This document shows, piece after piece, positions 16,137-25,836 of a DNA stretch of 32,000 nt; positions within the stretch are counted from its first letter, which is position 1; each line of letters opens with the position of its first letter. The translations under genes and the position numbers were made by a program. The stretch comes from Microcystis aeruginosa NIES-843 (lineage in GTDB: Bacteria; Cyanobacteriota; Cyanobacteriia; Cyanobacteriales; Microcystaceae), in the NCBI RefSeq assembly GCF_000010625.1, contig NC_010296.1, positions 3,240,001-3,272,000 of the forward strand, in the 5' to 3' direction. Below the pieces are notes generated by a model. That model saw nothing but the letters and a program-made list of their open reading frames with translations. It was not told the DNA's origin and ran no database searches.

Positions 16137-17270
16137 ATGAAGTACGCTCTGGTTCACGAGTGGTTAACCCCAAAGGCGACGGGGGGATCGGAATTAGTGG
16201 TTAAGGAGATTTTACAATGTCTAGAGGCGGATTTATACGCTTTGATCGATTTTGAGTCCACTAATCCCGATAGTTATCTCTATGGTCGCTCGATCGGGAC
16301 AACTTTTCTGCAAAATTTCCCGAAAGCGAGCAATGGCGTACAAAAATACTTACCTTTTCTTCCCCTAGCGATCGAGCAGTTAAATTTAGAGGATTATGAT
16401 GTAATTTTATCCTCCTCCCATTGTGTGGCTAAAGGGGTTTTAATACGACCGGATCAGGTTCACATTTGTTATTGTCACACTCCGATGCGTTATGCTTGGG
16501 ATTTAACTTTTGACTATCTGGCTAATAGTAAGTTAGGACAGGGATTACCCGGTATTTTCACCCGTTATCTTTTGCATGGGTTGCGTCAGTGGGATGTGAT
16601 TTCTGCTAATCGTGTGGACTATTTTCTGGCTAATTCCCACCACACCGCTAGACGAATTTGGCGCTGTTATCGACGGGAGGCAAAAGTTATTTATCCTCCC
16701 GTACAAATCGAGCGTTTTCCCTACCAAGAGAAAAAAGAAGATTTTTATTTAGTAGTTTCTCGTTTGGTTAGTTATAAAAAAGTCCCTTTAATTGTGGAAG
16801 CATTTAATCGATTGGGATTACCTTTAATAGTTATTGGAGATGGTCCACAGATGGCTTTAATTCGTCAGTTAGCAAGGGATAATATTCAGATTTTAGGGGC
16901 AGTGTCCGATCAAATGGTAGCAGAATATATGTCGAAAGCAAAAGCGTTTATTTATGCTGCTTGTGAGGATTTTGGTATTGCTTTAGTGGAAGCGCAAGCT
17001 TGTGGCACTCCCGTGATTGCATTTGCCGCTGGAGGTGCTTTAGAAACCGTGCGGGATCTGCGGGAAAATTCTCTCCAGGGAACAGGATTACTTTTTGGGG
17101 AACAAAATCCCCAATCTTTGGTAGAAGCGGTTAAATATTTTGTTGATCACGGTGATAAAATTGCTCCAGAAAATTGTCGGCAACAGGCTAATAAATTTAC
17201 TCCTGAAATCTTTCAAAGTAACTATAGTTTATTTGTCGAGGAACATTCAATCTCTAAAATTTATTGCTAA
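16137..17270 (+). CDS. Glycosyltransferase family 4 (GT-B, group 1)
   Basis: C-terminal E(x7)E region EDFGIALVEAQACGTPVIAFAAGGALETV, with overall GT4 length and layout. Confidence 0.8.
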   Translation: MKYALVHEWLTPKATGGSELVVKEILQCLEADLYALIDFESTNPDSYLYGRSIGTTFLQNFPKASNGVQKYLPFLPLAIEQLNLEDYDVILSSSHCVAKGVLIRPDQVHICYCHTPMRYAWDLTFDYLANSKLGQGLPGIFTRYLLHGLRQWDVISANRVDYFLANSHHTARRIWRCYRREAKVIYPPVQIERFPYQEKKEDFYLVVSRLVSYKKVPLIVEAFNRLGLPLIVIGDGPQMALIRQLARDNIQILGAVSDQMVAEYMSKAKAFIYAACEDFGIALVEAQACGTPVIAFAAGGALETVRDLRENSLQGTGLLFGEQNPQSLVEAVKYFVDHGDKIAPENCRQQANKFTPEIFQSNYSLFVEEHSISKIYC

Positions 17271-17518
17271 GTTTAATTAGAGCAGTTATCTTAAGGGAGA
17301 GCTAGAAAGTTTTTGTTTTAGGGAGTCAGTCATTGGTCGTCGATAACAAATTAGGTTACACTTTATCTTGATGAGAAACACTGTATTTCACCAATGGTGG
17401 GGGTGCAGCCAATCGGCCCAAAATGTAATATTATGGATATTTCTCTAAAGTTGAGAGCTAGCCAACGCTGATAGCTTACCGTGGTGATTGTGATGAAAGA
17501 AAAGCGAGGATTATAGCC

Positions 17519-18718
17519 GTGCCTTGGAATCGAATTAATAAATGGGTAGAAAAACGCTCTTTAGTGGCCTTAGAATCAGCTTATCAGAGAGCACTGAAAA
17601 TTAAAGCGATCGAAGATAAACATTTTGGGGGACAAAAAATTTCCCCGGCTGCCCTGGGAGGAAAAAGTGTTTATGATTACTTTCAAAGTACCCTAGAGCG
17701 AGAATTATTACAGATACGTTTCGATTTAACTCAAGTGCGTCTGGGTAATTTTATCAATCCGCAAACTAACCCAGAAAATAATAACATCTTAGAGACTTTA
17801 AAGGCGATCGAGGATATTATCGGTAAATATCGCCTAGATTTAGGGGAATTGCTGCCCCCATTACCGAATAATCAAACCCCAAATCTGCCTAATACCAATC
17901 TCACTGGTGATAACCCCAGGGATAAAGATAACCAGATAATTTCTCCTGCAACCAGTAATAAATTTTTTAACTTCCAGCAAGAATTAACCCCAGAATACGA
18001 ACAAACCGTTATTAAACAACTCCGTACCCTGCGACAACAGCAACGTATTGCTATTCGTTTTATCCTGATTATTATTTTAGTTCCTCTCTTGGTGCAGGTT
18101 ATTAGTAGGAACTTTATTTTTAGCCCTGTTTTAAACTATTTTGGTGTGGATAGAGCGAAAATATCAGAAGTTTATATTTCTCAGGAAATTGGCGAAAAAT
18201 ATCTCAGGGAATTTGCTCGACTTCAAGAAATTGAAGAAATCAAGCAGGTTTTAGGAGTAGTAAAAGCAGGGCATGAATCAGAAGAAAATTTTCGGGAACA
18301 GGTCGAGGAATTATTCAGAGAAGCGGGTTATGAAAGTCAAGATGGTTGGAAAAACTTACTCTCCGATATCACTGGATTAATAGCCTTTATTGCGATCTTA
18401 ATTTTTGGTCGTCAACAATTGGCAATTACGCGAGCTTATGTTAGTCGTTATTTTCTCAGCTTAAATGATATAACCAAAGCCTTTATCTTTATTCTCTTTA
18501 CCGATATATTTGTTGGGTTTCACTCGGCGGAGGGTTGGACGGTAATCTTAGAAACTTTGTTCCGGCACTTTGGTTGGCGCGAGAATATTACATTTATTAG
18601 CTTGTTTGTGGCCACGGTTCCCGTTATCCTAGATACCATCTTTAAACTATTAATATTTAATTATCTGACTCGTAAATCTCCCACCGCCGCAACTATCCTA
18701 GAAAAAATGAACCAGTAA
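17519..18718 (+). CDS. pxcA: Proton-extrusion protein PxcA (CemA family)
   Basis: The C-terminal block ...FVGFHSAEGWTVILETLFRHFGW...VATVPVILDTIFKLLIFNYLTRKSPTAA matches the CemA signature (GFHS..GW...PVILDTIFKYWIF.YLNR.SPS). GTG start. Confidence 0.8.
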   Translation: MPWNRINKWVEKRSLVALESAYQRALKIKAIEDKHFGGQKISPAALGGKSVYDYFQSTLERELLQIRFDLTQVRLGNFINPQTNPENNNILETLKAIEDIIGKYRLDLGELLPPLPNNQTPNLPNTNLTGDNPRDKDNQIISPATSNKFFNFQQELTPEYEQTVIKQLRTLRQQQRIAIRFILIIILVPLLVQVISRNFIFSPVLNYFGVDRAKISEVYISQEIGEKYLREFARLQEIEEIKQVLGVVKAGHESEENFREQVEELFREAGYESQDGWKNLLSDITGLIAFIAILIFGRQQLAITRAYVSRYFLSLNDITKAFIFILFTDIFVGFHSAEGWTVILETLFRHFGWRENITFISLFVATVPVILDTIFKLLIFNYLTRKSPTAATILEKMNQ

Positions 18719-18724
18719 CGCCCT

Positions 18725-21700
18725 ATGATCCTTAGTATTGCCGATACCTTCATTAAAAGACCCGTTCTGACCACGGTTTGCTCGATTTTAATCGTTTTGA
18801 TCGGAGCGATCGCTGTTCCCTTTTTACCCCTAGAAAAACTGCCCCAGTTGGCATTTATTCAGGTAGCGGTAAATGCCAACTATTTGGGAACCGATGCCAA
18901 AACCGTACAGGATAACGTTACCACGGTACTCGATCGCCAGATTAACGGGACAGAACAGATTGTTTATATGCAGTCCCAGAGTACCAACACCGGACAAAGT
19001 ACGGTGAATGTCTTTTTCCCGGTGGAAATGGATCGTAACATTGCCCAAGTCTTGGTACAAAACCGTGTCAGTACTGCGGCCGCTAGTTTACCTGAAGAAG
19101 TGAACCGGCAGGGGGTGACAACCAATACCCAATCCCCCAGCGTTACCCTTGCCTACGGGATTTCCGCCAAACCGGACGAAAAGGGCAATTATCCCTACGA
19201 TACGGTCTTTTTAAGTAACTTTGTCGATCGGGTCATCGATGCCGAGATTCGCCGGATCGAGGGGGTTGGTAGTACAACAATCATCGGGGAGAGGGAATAC
19301 GCCCTACGTTTTTGGCTTAATCCCGATGCTTTAGCCGCTAGGGGCGTATCGGCGGAACAAGTAGTACAGGCGATCCGAGAACAGAATATTCAGGTGGGTG
19401 CGGGGACAATTGGCGGTGATCCCAGTCCCGAAGAGCAGCAATTCCAGATCGCCATTCGCGCCGTTGGTAGGGTGGCCACCGGGGAGGAAGCGGAAAATAT
19501 TGTCGTCAAAGTCGGGGAAAATGGCGATTTAATCCGAATTAAAGACGTAGGACGCGCAGAAATCGGAGCCGAAAGCTACAGTACCGCCGCCTATTTCGAC
19601 AAATCCCCCGCCGTTGTCTATATCGTCTATCAGTTACCCGGTTCCAACGCTTGGAATACTGCCAAACTGGTAAAAGAAAAAATGGCGGAACTAGAACCAA
19701 GTTTCCCCCCGGGGTTAAATATCGCCATTACCCTCGATAATACGGCTTTTGTCGCCGCTTCCCTGGAAGAAGCCTTTAGCACTCTGGTTGAGGCGATTTT
19801 ACTGGTTATTCTCGTCATTTTTATCTTCCTTCAGGATTGGCGCACCACGATCATTCCGGCGATCGCTATTCCCGTATCTTTGATCGGAACCATGGCCGTC
19901 GCCCTGGCTTTAGGCTATTCTCTCAATAACCTCTCCTTGTTTGCCGTCATTCTGGCCACCGGTTTAGTGGTGGACGACGGCATCGTGATCGTAGAAGCGG
20001 TATCGGAAAAATTACGGCAGGGAATGCGGCCATTTCAAGCTGCCCTCGATGCCATGGGCGAGTTAACCTCGGCGGTGATTGCTAGTTCTCTTGTACTGCT
20101 GGCAGTTTTTATTCCCGTCACCTTCTTCCCCGGTACGGTGGGGATCGTTTATCGACAATTTGCCGTCATCATCTCCGCTTCAATTATCATCTCCACCTTT
20201 AACGCCCTCAGTTTTTCCCCCACCATGTCGGCGATTATCATGAAAGCGCCCCAACGCACCCGCGGCCCCTTGGGACTGTTTTTCGAGGGCTTTAATCGGG
20301 GTTTCAACGCAGTTAAAGAAGGCTATCGACGCTCGATCGAATTTCTGATCCGCATCCGTTTTTTAGTGTTACCCTTCTTTATCGCCGCCCTCTTTCTCAC
20401 AGCTTGGAGTTATAGCACCACTCCCCAGGGTTTTATCCCCGAAGAAGACCAAGGTTATGCCTTCGTTTTGGTGCAAGCACCCCCCGGGGTTTCCCTGCGC
20501 TACACCGACCAGGTTATCCGTCAGATTAACGAAGAAATTCTCGACGGTATCGAAGAAATCGAACACTTTGTCGGTATGGCGGGCTTTAGTTTTGCCGGAA
20601 GTGGCAGCAACCAAGGGCTATTTTTTGTCAAGTTAAAAGAATGGTCGGAACGGCCCGGGGAAGATAAGTCGGTTTTCGGGGTTCTGCGGAAAATTAACCA
20701 ACAATTAGCCACTAAAGTCCCAGATGCTCGCGCTTTCGCCGTTAATGCGCCCCCCGTGGATGGATTAAGTTCTACCGGCGGTTTCGAGTTATTTATCCAA
20801 AACCGCGCTTCTTTCCCCATGGACGCTTTGATTGCCAACGCTAATAAAGTCATGGCCGAGGCCCGAACAAGACCGGAATTATCGGGAATTTTCACCCAAT
20901 TTACCACCGACACGCCGATGCTGGAACTTTCCATCAATCGCAACCAGCTACAGGCGCAAAACGTCGATATGCAGGCCGTTTTCGGTACCCTGCAAACCTA
21001 TCTCGGTTCCAACTTCGTCAATCAATTCGTCTTAGGCGATCGCTTGTATCGAGTCTTTGCCCAAGCAGAAGCGGATTATCGCTCTAATCCTGAAGATATT
21101 AACCGTCTTTACGTCCGTTCCCGTACCGGGGCCAATATTCCCCTATCGGGTTTGGTTAGCGTCAAACGCTTCACCTATCCACCGATTATCACTAACTTTA
21201 ACCTCTATCCCTCGATTAACGTTCAGGGTAGTCCCGCCCCCGGTTTTAGTACGGGACAGGCGATCGCAGTGATGGAAGATGTTTGTCGGAAAGTCCTGCA
21301 GCCCGGTTTCGGTTACGCTTGGACGGGTACAGCTTTCCAAGAAAAAACTTCCGCCGGGGCTGCCCCAGTTATCTTCGGATTAGCCTTTATCGTGGTTTTC
21401 CTCGTCCTCGCGGCCCAGTACGAAAGCTACATTGACCCGATTATCATCATGATTACCGTTCCCCTAGCGATCCTAGGTGCCATGGGGGCCTTACTGTTGC
21501 GGGCGAATTTCCTACAAGTGGGTAGTCTGTTCCCGGCGGTGAATAATAATATCTATGCTCAGGTGGCTTTGGTCATGTTGATCGGTTTAGCGGCTAAAAA
21601 TGCCATCTTGATCGTGGAATTCGCTAACCAGTCCCGTACTTTGGGTTTAAGTATTCCCGATGCGGCAGCCCGGGCCTCGACGGAACGCTTAAGACCGATT

Positions 21701-22027
21701 CTGATGACGGCTATTTCCGGTTTAGTCGGTTTCTTGCCCTTGGTTATCGCTTCCGGCGCCGGAGCGATGAGTCGTTGGTCTCTGGGAACTGCAATCCTAG
21801 GCGGTTATCTGATTTCCACGGTGTTGAGTTTATTTCTCGTCCCGGTGTTGTATGTGCTGATCAAACAGTTCGAGGCCCGATTCCTCTCCTCGAAACCCCC
21901 GAAAAGTGGCGGTTCTGGCGGCAAAAAAACCCCTTCTCTCGATGGGGAAAGGAATACATCAGAAACCCCCATAGAAGAAGGGGCCATTTCCTCTTTGAAA
22001 ATCTCTCCTCAGTCCCCGAATGACTAG
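18725..22027 (+). CDS. RND-family efflux transporter permease (AcrB/HAE1-like)
   Basis: 1100 aa. N-terminus FIKRPVLTTV..., a 12-TM layout with two large periplasmic loops, and motifs such as ...ATGLVVDDGIVIVE... and ...GLAAKNAILIVEFAN... Confidence 0.9.
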   Translation: MILSIADTFIKRPVLTTVCSILIVLIGAIAVPFLPLEKLPQLAFIQVAVNANYLGTDAKTVQDNVTTVLDRQINGTEQIVYMQSQSTNTGQSTVNVFFPVEMDRNIAQVLVQNRVSTAAASLPEEVNRQGVTTNTQSPSVTLAYGISAKPDEKGNYPYDTVFLSNFVDRVIDAEIRRIEGVGSTTIIGEREYALRFWLNPDALAARGVSAEQVVQAIREQNIQVGAGTIGGDPSPEEQQFQIAIRAVGRVATGEEAENIVVKVGENGDLIRIKDVGRAEIGAESYSTAAYFDKSPAVVYIVYQLPGSNAWNTAKLVKEKMAELEPSFPPGLNIAITLDNTAFVAASLEEAFSTLVEAILLVILVIFIFLQDWRTTIIPAIAIPVSLIGTMAVALALGYSLNNLSLFAVILATGLVVDDGIVIVEAVSEKLRQGMRPFQAALDAMGELTSAVIASSLVLLAVFIPVTFFPGTVGIVYRQFAVIISASIIISTFNALSFSPTMSAIIMKAPQRTRGPLGLFFEGFNRGFNAVKEGYRRSIEFLIRIRFLVLPFFIAALFLTAWSYSTTPQGFIPEEDQGYAFVLVQAPPGVSLRYTDQVIRQINEEILDGIEEIEHFVGMAGFSFAGSGSNQGLFFVKLKEWSERPGEDKSVFGVLRKINQQLATKVPDARAFAVNAPPVDGLSSTGGFELFIQNRASFPMDALIANANKVMAEARTRPELSGIFTQFTTDTPMLELSINRNQLQAQNVDMQAVFGTLQTYLGSNFVNQFVLGDRLYRVFAQAEADYRSNPEDINRLYVRSRTGANIPLSGLVSVKRFTYPPIITNFNLYPSINVQGSPAPGFSTGQAIAVMEDVCRKVLQPGFGYAWTGTAFQEKTSAGAAPVIFGLAFIVVFLVLAAQYESYIDPIIIMITVPLAILGAMGALLLRANFLQVGSLFPAVNNNIYAQVALVMLIGLAAKNAILIVEFANQSRTLGLSIPDAAARASTERLRPILMTAISGLVGFLPLVIASGAGAMSRWSLGTAILGGYLISTVLSLFLVPVLYVLIKQFEARFLSSKPPKSGGSGGKKTPSLDGERNTSETPIEEGAISSLKISPQSPND

Positions 22028-22122
22028 GGTGTTAGGAGTCAGGAGACAGGAGCCGGTCGTCAGGAGTCAGGAGTCAGTAGTCAGGAGTCAGTAGTCAGTA
22101 GTCAGTAGTCAGTAGTCAGGAG
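22028..22122. repeat. Heptanucleotide (STRR-like) array AGTCAGG/AGTCAGT
   Basis: ggagtcaggagtcaggagtcagtagtcaggagtcagtagtcagtagtcagtagtcagtagtcagg, directly after the RND stop codon. Confidence 0.9.
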
Positions 22123-22127
22123 ATTAT

Positions 22128-22315
22128 GGTTCTTCGGTTTGTGTTATGCAATGGACGGGAGTTATAAGGGATGAAACCCTTATATAGAAAGACATTGCTT
22201 CGATTTTTGCCAATTGTTTTCAATCTAGAACGAGCTAATCAATTAAGTCTCTTGCCAGATAAGGATTTAGCCTATTTATGCCCCCTGATCGAACCATACC
22301 AAGTAACGAAGAACC
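22128..22315 (+). mobile_element. 188-bp ISL3-derived MITE with an 8-bp target-site duplication
   Basis: TIRs ggttcttcgg...cgaagaacc. It is flanked on both sides by GAGATTAT (22120-22127 and 22316-22323), and an 8-bp duplication is the ISL3-family size. Confidence 0.9.
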
Positions 22316-22338
22316 GAGATTATTTTTATTTATTCTTC

Positions 22339-22459
22339 CTACACCCCACACCCTACACCCTACACCCTACACCCCACACCCCACTTCCCCACACCCCACA
22401 CCCCACACCCCACACCCCACACCCCACACCCCACACCCCACACCCCACACCCCACACCC
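22339..22459. repeat. Heptanucleotide array (CCCCACA)n, array A
   Basis: It begins with variant units (ccctaca x3, ccccaca x2, cttcccc), then perfect ccccaca units. It ends exactly at the group II intron 3' end. Confidence 0.9.
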
Positions 22460-23244
22460 GTTACAGTAGAGCAGGAAGTCGCCTTCCCACCCCCTGCTTC
22501 AAAACCGGACTTACGACTTTCGCCGTATCCGGCTCCTGAGTAACTAGGCTACTGTCATTAGTAGAATAATAATGGGAATTATTATTTCCTTGTCTATTCA
22601 ACCCTCTTGGCTGTATCCCCACCAGACAAGATTGTTGGTTTTAGGGCGTATATGACCGTTGATTGTTGCTTAGACTTCCTAGTTACCCGTCCTTTGTCAG
22701 CATATCTTTGATATTACTCAAAGCCTTGGCTTTTAAGGACATCCTCTCCCTCTATTGACTTGCGGATGGTTTCCTACTGCCCCGAACGGGCAGAGTCAAT
22801 CAGGGTTACTTCGTTCCCTATAACCATTGGTTGAACCCTTAGGATGATACTGTCCACAACAGAGTAACGGGAATGCCTTACTGATAGTGGTATGAGCTAT
22901 CAGCCCCAACTCTGTTAACTTTTGTTTCGAGCCTGTCAGCCTTTTGGCTCGTGGGTGTTGACGATGGTTAATTCGTATCTTCGCCCCAGGGCTATCCATA
23001 GGTTCTGGCTCAACGGGTTTCTGATTTAGGCTATCAGATACCGCTTTTTTTTCCTCGCTCACTACCTCAGATGTACCAAGTCTAAAGCAGCAGGAAATGC
23101 CGTCACTCTAGGCATCTAGAGGACAGGACTAAGGTTATTACTAACCCGCACCTGTAGGGTTATAAAGTTATCAAGGTACTACATTTACCAAGCGGCTAAT
23201 CCTCTAAACGTCTTACTGTCTAGTTTCTAGCCAACGAATCGCAC
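22460..23244 (-). mobile_element. ORF-less group II intron (about 785 nt)
   Basis: The reverse strand starts GUGCGAUUCG (5' consensus GUGYG). Domain V lies at 22502-22535: GAGCCGGAUACGGC-GAAA-GUCGUAAGUCCGGUUU, i.e. 34 nt with the AGC triad, a GNRA loop and a 2-nt bulge. A domain-VI-like hairpin follows and the intron ends ...CUACUGUAAC. Joining the flanks restores an uninterrupted GGGGUGU repeat. No RT ORF is present. Confidence 0.8.
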
Positions 23245-23470
23245 CACACCCCACACCCTACACCCTACACCCCACACCCCACTTCCCCACACCCCACACC
23301 CCACACCCCACACCCCACACCCCACACCCCACACCCCACACCCCACACCCCACACCCCACACCCCACACCCCACACCCCACACCCCACACCCCACACCCC
23401 ACACCCCACACCCCACACCCCACACCCCACACCCCACACCCCACACCCCACACCCCACACCCCACACCCC
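23245..23470. repeat. Heptanucleotide array (CCCCACA)n, array B (about 32 units)
   Basis: It has the same variant head as array A (ccctaca, ccccaca, cttcccc), then a long perfect run. It ends 20 nt before the antiporter ATG. Confidence 0.9.
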
Positions 23471-23490
23471 ATCTCTGATAACTGAAAATA

Positions 23491-25056
23491 ATGAGTCTAG
23501 AATCTACTGCTAACGAGGCGATCGCTCATAATTTAGAGCAATTCCTGCTAGTTTTGACCATTTCCTTGAGTGTCGCCACTTTATCGAGAACCGTTGCCTT
23601 CCTCCGCAAAATTCCCTACACCCTGCTGTTAGTTATTGTCGGTATGGGTTTAGCTTTTTTAGATTTGCGTCTAGTTAATCTTTCCCCGGAATTAATTCTG
23701 GAAATTTTTCTGCCTCCCCTCCTTTTTGAAGCCGCTTGGAATATTCCTTGGGCTAAATTAAAGGAATATTGGGTTACTATCGTCCTTTTTGCCGTTATCG
23801 GGGTGATTATCTCCGTTTTGGGAGTCGCCTATCCCCTACATATTTTTGCCAATTTACCCCTATCGATCGCTTTTCTCTTGGGTGCTGCCCTAGCTGCCAC
23901 CGATCCCGTCTCTGTAATTGCCCTATTTAAAGAATTGGGGGCCAGTAAAAAACTGACGATCCTGATGGAAGGGGAAAGTCTCTTTAATGATGGGGTCGCT
24001 GTGGTCGCTTTCGTCCTCTTGGTGGGGATTCCCTTGGGAGTCGATACCTTTTCCGTCCCCGTGACGATCGCTCGTTTCTGCACCTTTGTGGGGATTGGCA
24101 TCGGTGTGGGTTGCGTGATCGGTTTCGGCATTTCCTACCTTACCCAACGCTTCGATCTGCCTTTTGTGGAACAGTCTCTCACCCTAGTTTCTGCCTATGG
24201 AACCTATCTCGTCACGGAAAAATTAGGCGGATCCGGTGTGATTGGGGTGGTAATTGTCGGGATTATTCTCGGTAATCTCGGTTCGCGCATTGGTATGAGT
24301 CCCCGCACGCGCCTAGTAGTTAGCGAATTTTGGGAATTTATCGCCTTTTTTGTCAATTCCATCATCTTTTTACTGATCGGTGATCAAACTCGTTTTGAGA
24401 GTCTCGGCAGTCACTTAACCGGGATTTTAATAGCGATCGCCGCTATGGTGGTTTCCCGTCTGTTCTCAATTTTTGGACTAGGGGGAATTAGTAACCTAAT
24501 TACGGGTAATAGGATCAGTTTCAAGGAAAGAACGGTGTTATGGTGGGGAGGATTGCGCGGTTCGGTTTCGATCGCCCTAGCGTTAAGTGTTCCCACGTCT
24601 ATCCCCTACCGTCAAGAAATTATTGACGTGGTTTTTGGGGTGGTTTTATTTACTTTATTGGTGCAAGGATTATCTATACAATGGCTGTTAAATGCCCTCA
24701 ATCTTATCGGTGATCAACCGATTCGGAGCGAATATTCGGCCTTAATTGCTCGTCAGATTGCCTTAACTAGGGTGTCTAATTATCTGCAACAACCAGAACG
24801 TTTTCCCGATATCGATCCCGAATTTTATCGCGACAAAAAAACTCTGGTGGAAGGACAATTAAAGTCCTTGCGGGATCAGTTGCAAAAATTACTACAGGAA
24901 CATCCACAATTAAAAGATGTGGTGGCCGAACAATTTCAAGATACTTTACTTGATATCGAAGCTAATACCTACGCAGAATTAATTCGAGCCGGTCGTTTAA
25001 ATGAAAATCTCGTTCCCCTTTTAGTGGAGGTAGAAGAAGAAAAAGAGATGGTTTAA
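23491..25056 (+). CDS. Na+/H+ (cation:proton) antiporter, CPA1/NhaP type with a C-terminal cytoplasmic domain
   Basis: Multi-TM protein with the ...LGAALAATDPVSV... and ...ESLFNDGVAVV... motifs typical of NhaP/NhaS1-type exchangers. Confidence 0.85.
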   Translation: MSLESTANEAIAHNLEQFLLVLTISLSVATLSRTVAFLRKIPYTLLLVIVGMGLAFLDLRLVNLSPELILEIFLPPLLFEAAWNIPWAKLKEYWVTIVLFAVIGVIISVLGVAYPLHIFANLPLSIAFLLGAALAATDPVSVIALFKELGASKKLTILMEGESLFNDGVAVVAFVLLVGIPLGVDTFSVPVTIARFCTFVGIGIGVGCVIGFGISYLTQRFDLPFVEQSLTLVSAYGTYLVTEKLGGSGVIGVVIVGIILGNLGSRIGMSPRTRLVVSEFWEFIAFFVNSIIFLLIGDQTRFESLGSHLTGILIAIAAMVVSRLFSIFGLGGISNLITGNRISFKERTVLWWGGLRGSVSIALALSVPTSIPYRQEIIDVVFGVVLFTLLVQGLSIQWLLNALNLIGDQPIRSEYSALIARQIALTRVSNYLQQPERFPDIDPEFYRDKKTLVEGQLKSLRDQLQKLLQEHPQLKDVVAEQFQDTLLDIEANTYAELIRAGRLNENLVPLLVEVEEEKEMV

Positions 25057-25074
25057 TGATCAAGTCATGGAAAA

Positions 25075-25824
25075 TCAAAGAATTTTTGCTAAAAATTGCT
25101 GAGTTCGATCGGATTGGGGATGATTAAAAAATTCTGCTGGGGGGGCAATTTCCAAAATTAAACCCTGATCCATAAATACCACTCGATCGGCCACTTCTCG
25201 CGCGAATCCTACCTCGTGGGTGACACAAACCATGGTCATCCCCGATTTGGCTAAACTTTGCATCGTTTCCAAGACTTCTCGCACCATTTCTGGGTCTAAA
25301 GCTGAGGTGGGTTCATCGAATAACATCACCTTCGGCTGCATAGCTAAAGCGCGAACGATTGCCACCCGCTGCTGTTGTCCTCCCGATAACTGAGGGGGAT
25401 ATTTAAGTGCTTGTTCGAGAATACCAACTTTTTCGAGGAGTTTTCTCGCTATTTCCTCCGCTTGCGCTTTTTTCCAACCGCGCACCCACATCGGACCAAG
25501 GGTGACATTATCTAATACTGTCAGATGGGGAAAGAGGTTAAATTGTTGAAAAACCATGCCAACTTCCTGACGGATTGCCTCGATATTTTTCAGGTTGTGG
25601 GACACAGTTATTCCGTCAATAATAATGCGGCCTTTTTGATAGGATTCTAACCCGTTAAAAGTGCGGATAAAGGTGGATTTTCCCGAACCGGACGGCCCCA
25701 TAATCACGACAACTTCCTGTTTATTAACGGTGAGATTGACTCCCCGCAAAGCATGAAAGCGGTTATCGTACCATTTTTCCACCGCTTCGGCAATTATAAT
25801 CGGTTCACTGTTGTGAGATTCCAT
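25075..25824 (-). CDS. Polar amino-acid ABC transporter ATP-binding protein (GlnQ/BgtA-like)
   Basis: Walker [10 protein letters not shown], signature [15 protein letters not shown], Walker [13 protein letters not shown]-loop VTHE. Confidence 0.9.
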   Translation of the reverse strand: MESHNSEPIIIAEAVEKWYDNRFHALRGVNLTVNKQEVVVIMGPSGSGKSTFIRTFNGLESYQKGRIIIDGITVSHNLKNIEAIRQEVGMVFQQFNLFPHLTVLDNVTLGPMWVRGWKKAQAEEIARKLLEKVGILEQALKYPPQLSGGQQQRVAIVRALAMQPKVMLFDEPTSALDPEMVREVLETMQSLAKSGMTMVCVTHEVGFAREVADRVVFMDQGLILEIAPPAEFFNHPQSDRTQQFLAKIL

Positions 25825-25836
25825 ATTTTTGAGAGT

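Noticed and set aside
18830-21987. Multiple short ORFs on both strands within 18.8-22.0 kb
   Set aside because: All lie inside the 1100-aa RND permease gene, in alternative frames or on the opposite strand.
22171-22539. 122-aa ORF with PHTPHPTPHTPH repeats, and the overlapping 22278..22469 ORF
   Set aside because: It is a translation of the MITE followed by the (CCCCACA)n array and the intron 3' end, so it is a repeat artefact.
22796-23062. 88-aa reverse-strand ORF inside the group II intron, as a possible intron-encoded protein
   Set aside because: It has no reverse-transcriptase, maturase or endonuclease motifs and is far too short. It overlaps predicted structured intron RNA.
23227-23472. 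Three reverse-strand ORFs encoding (GCGVWGV)n
   Set aside because: These are translations of the heptanucleotide array in three frames, with no start context or non-repeat sequence.
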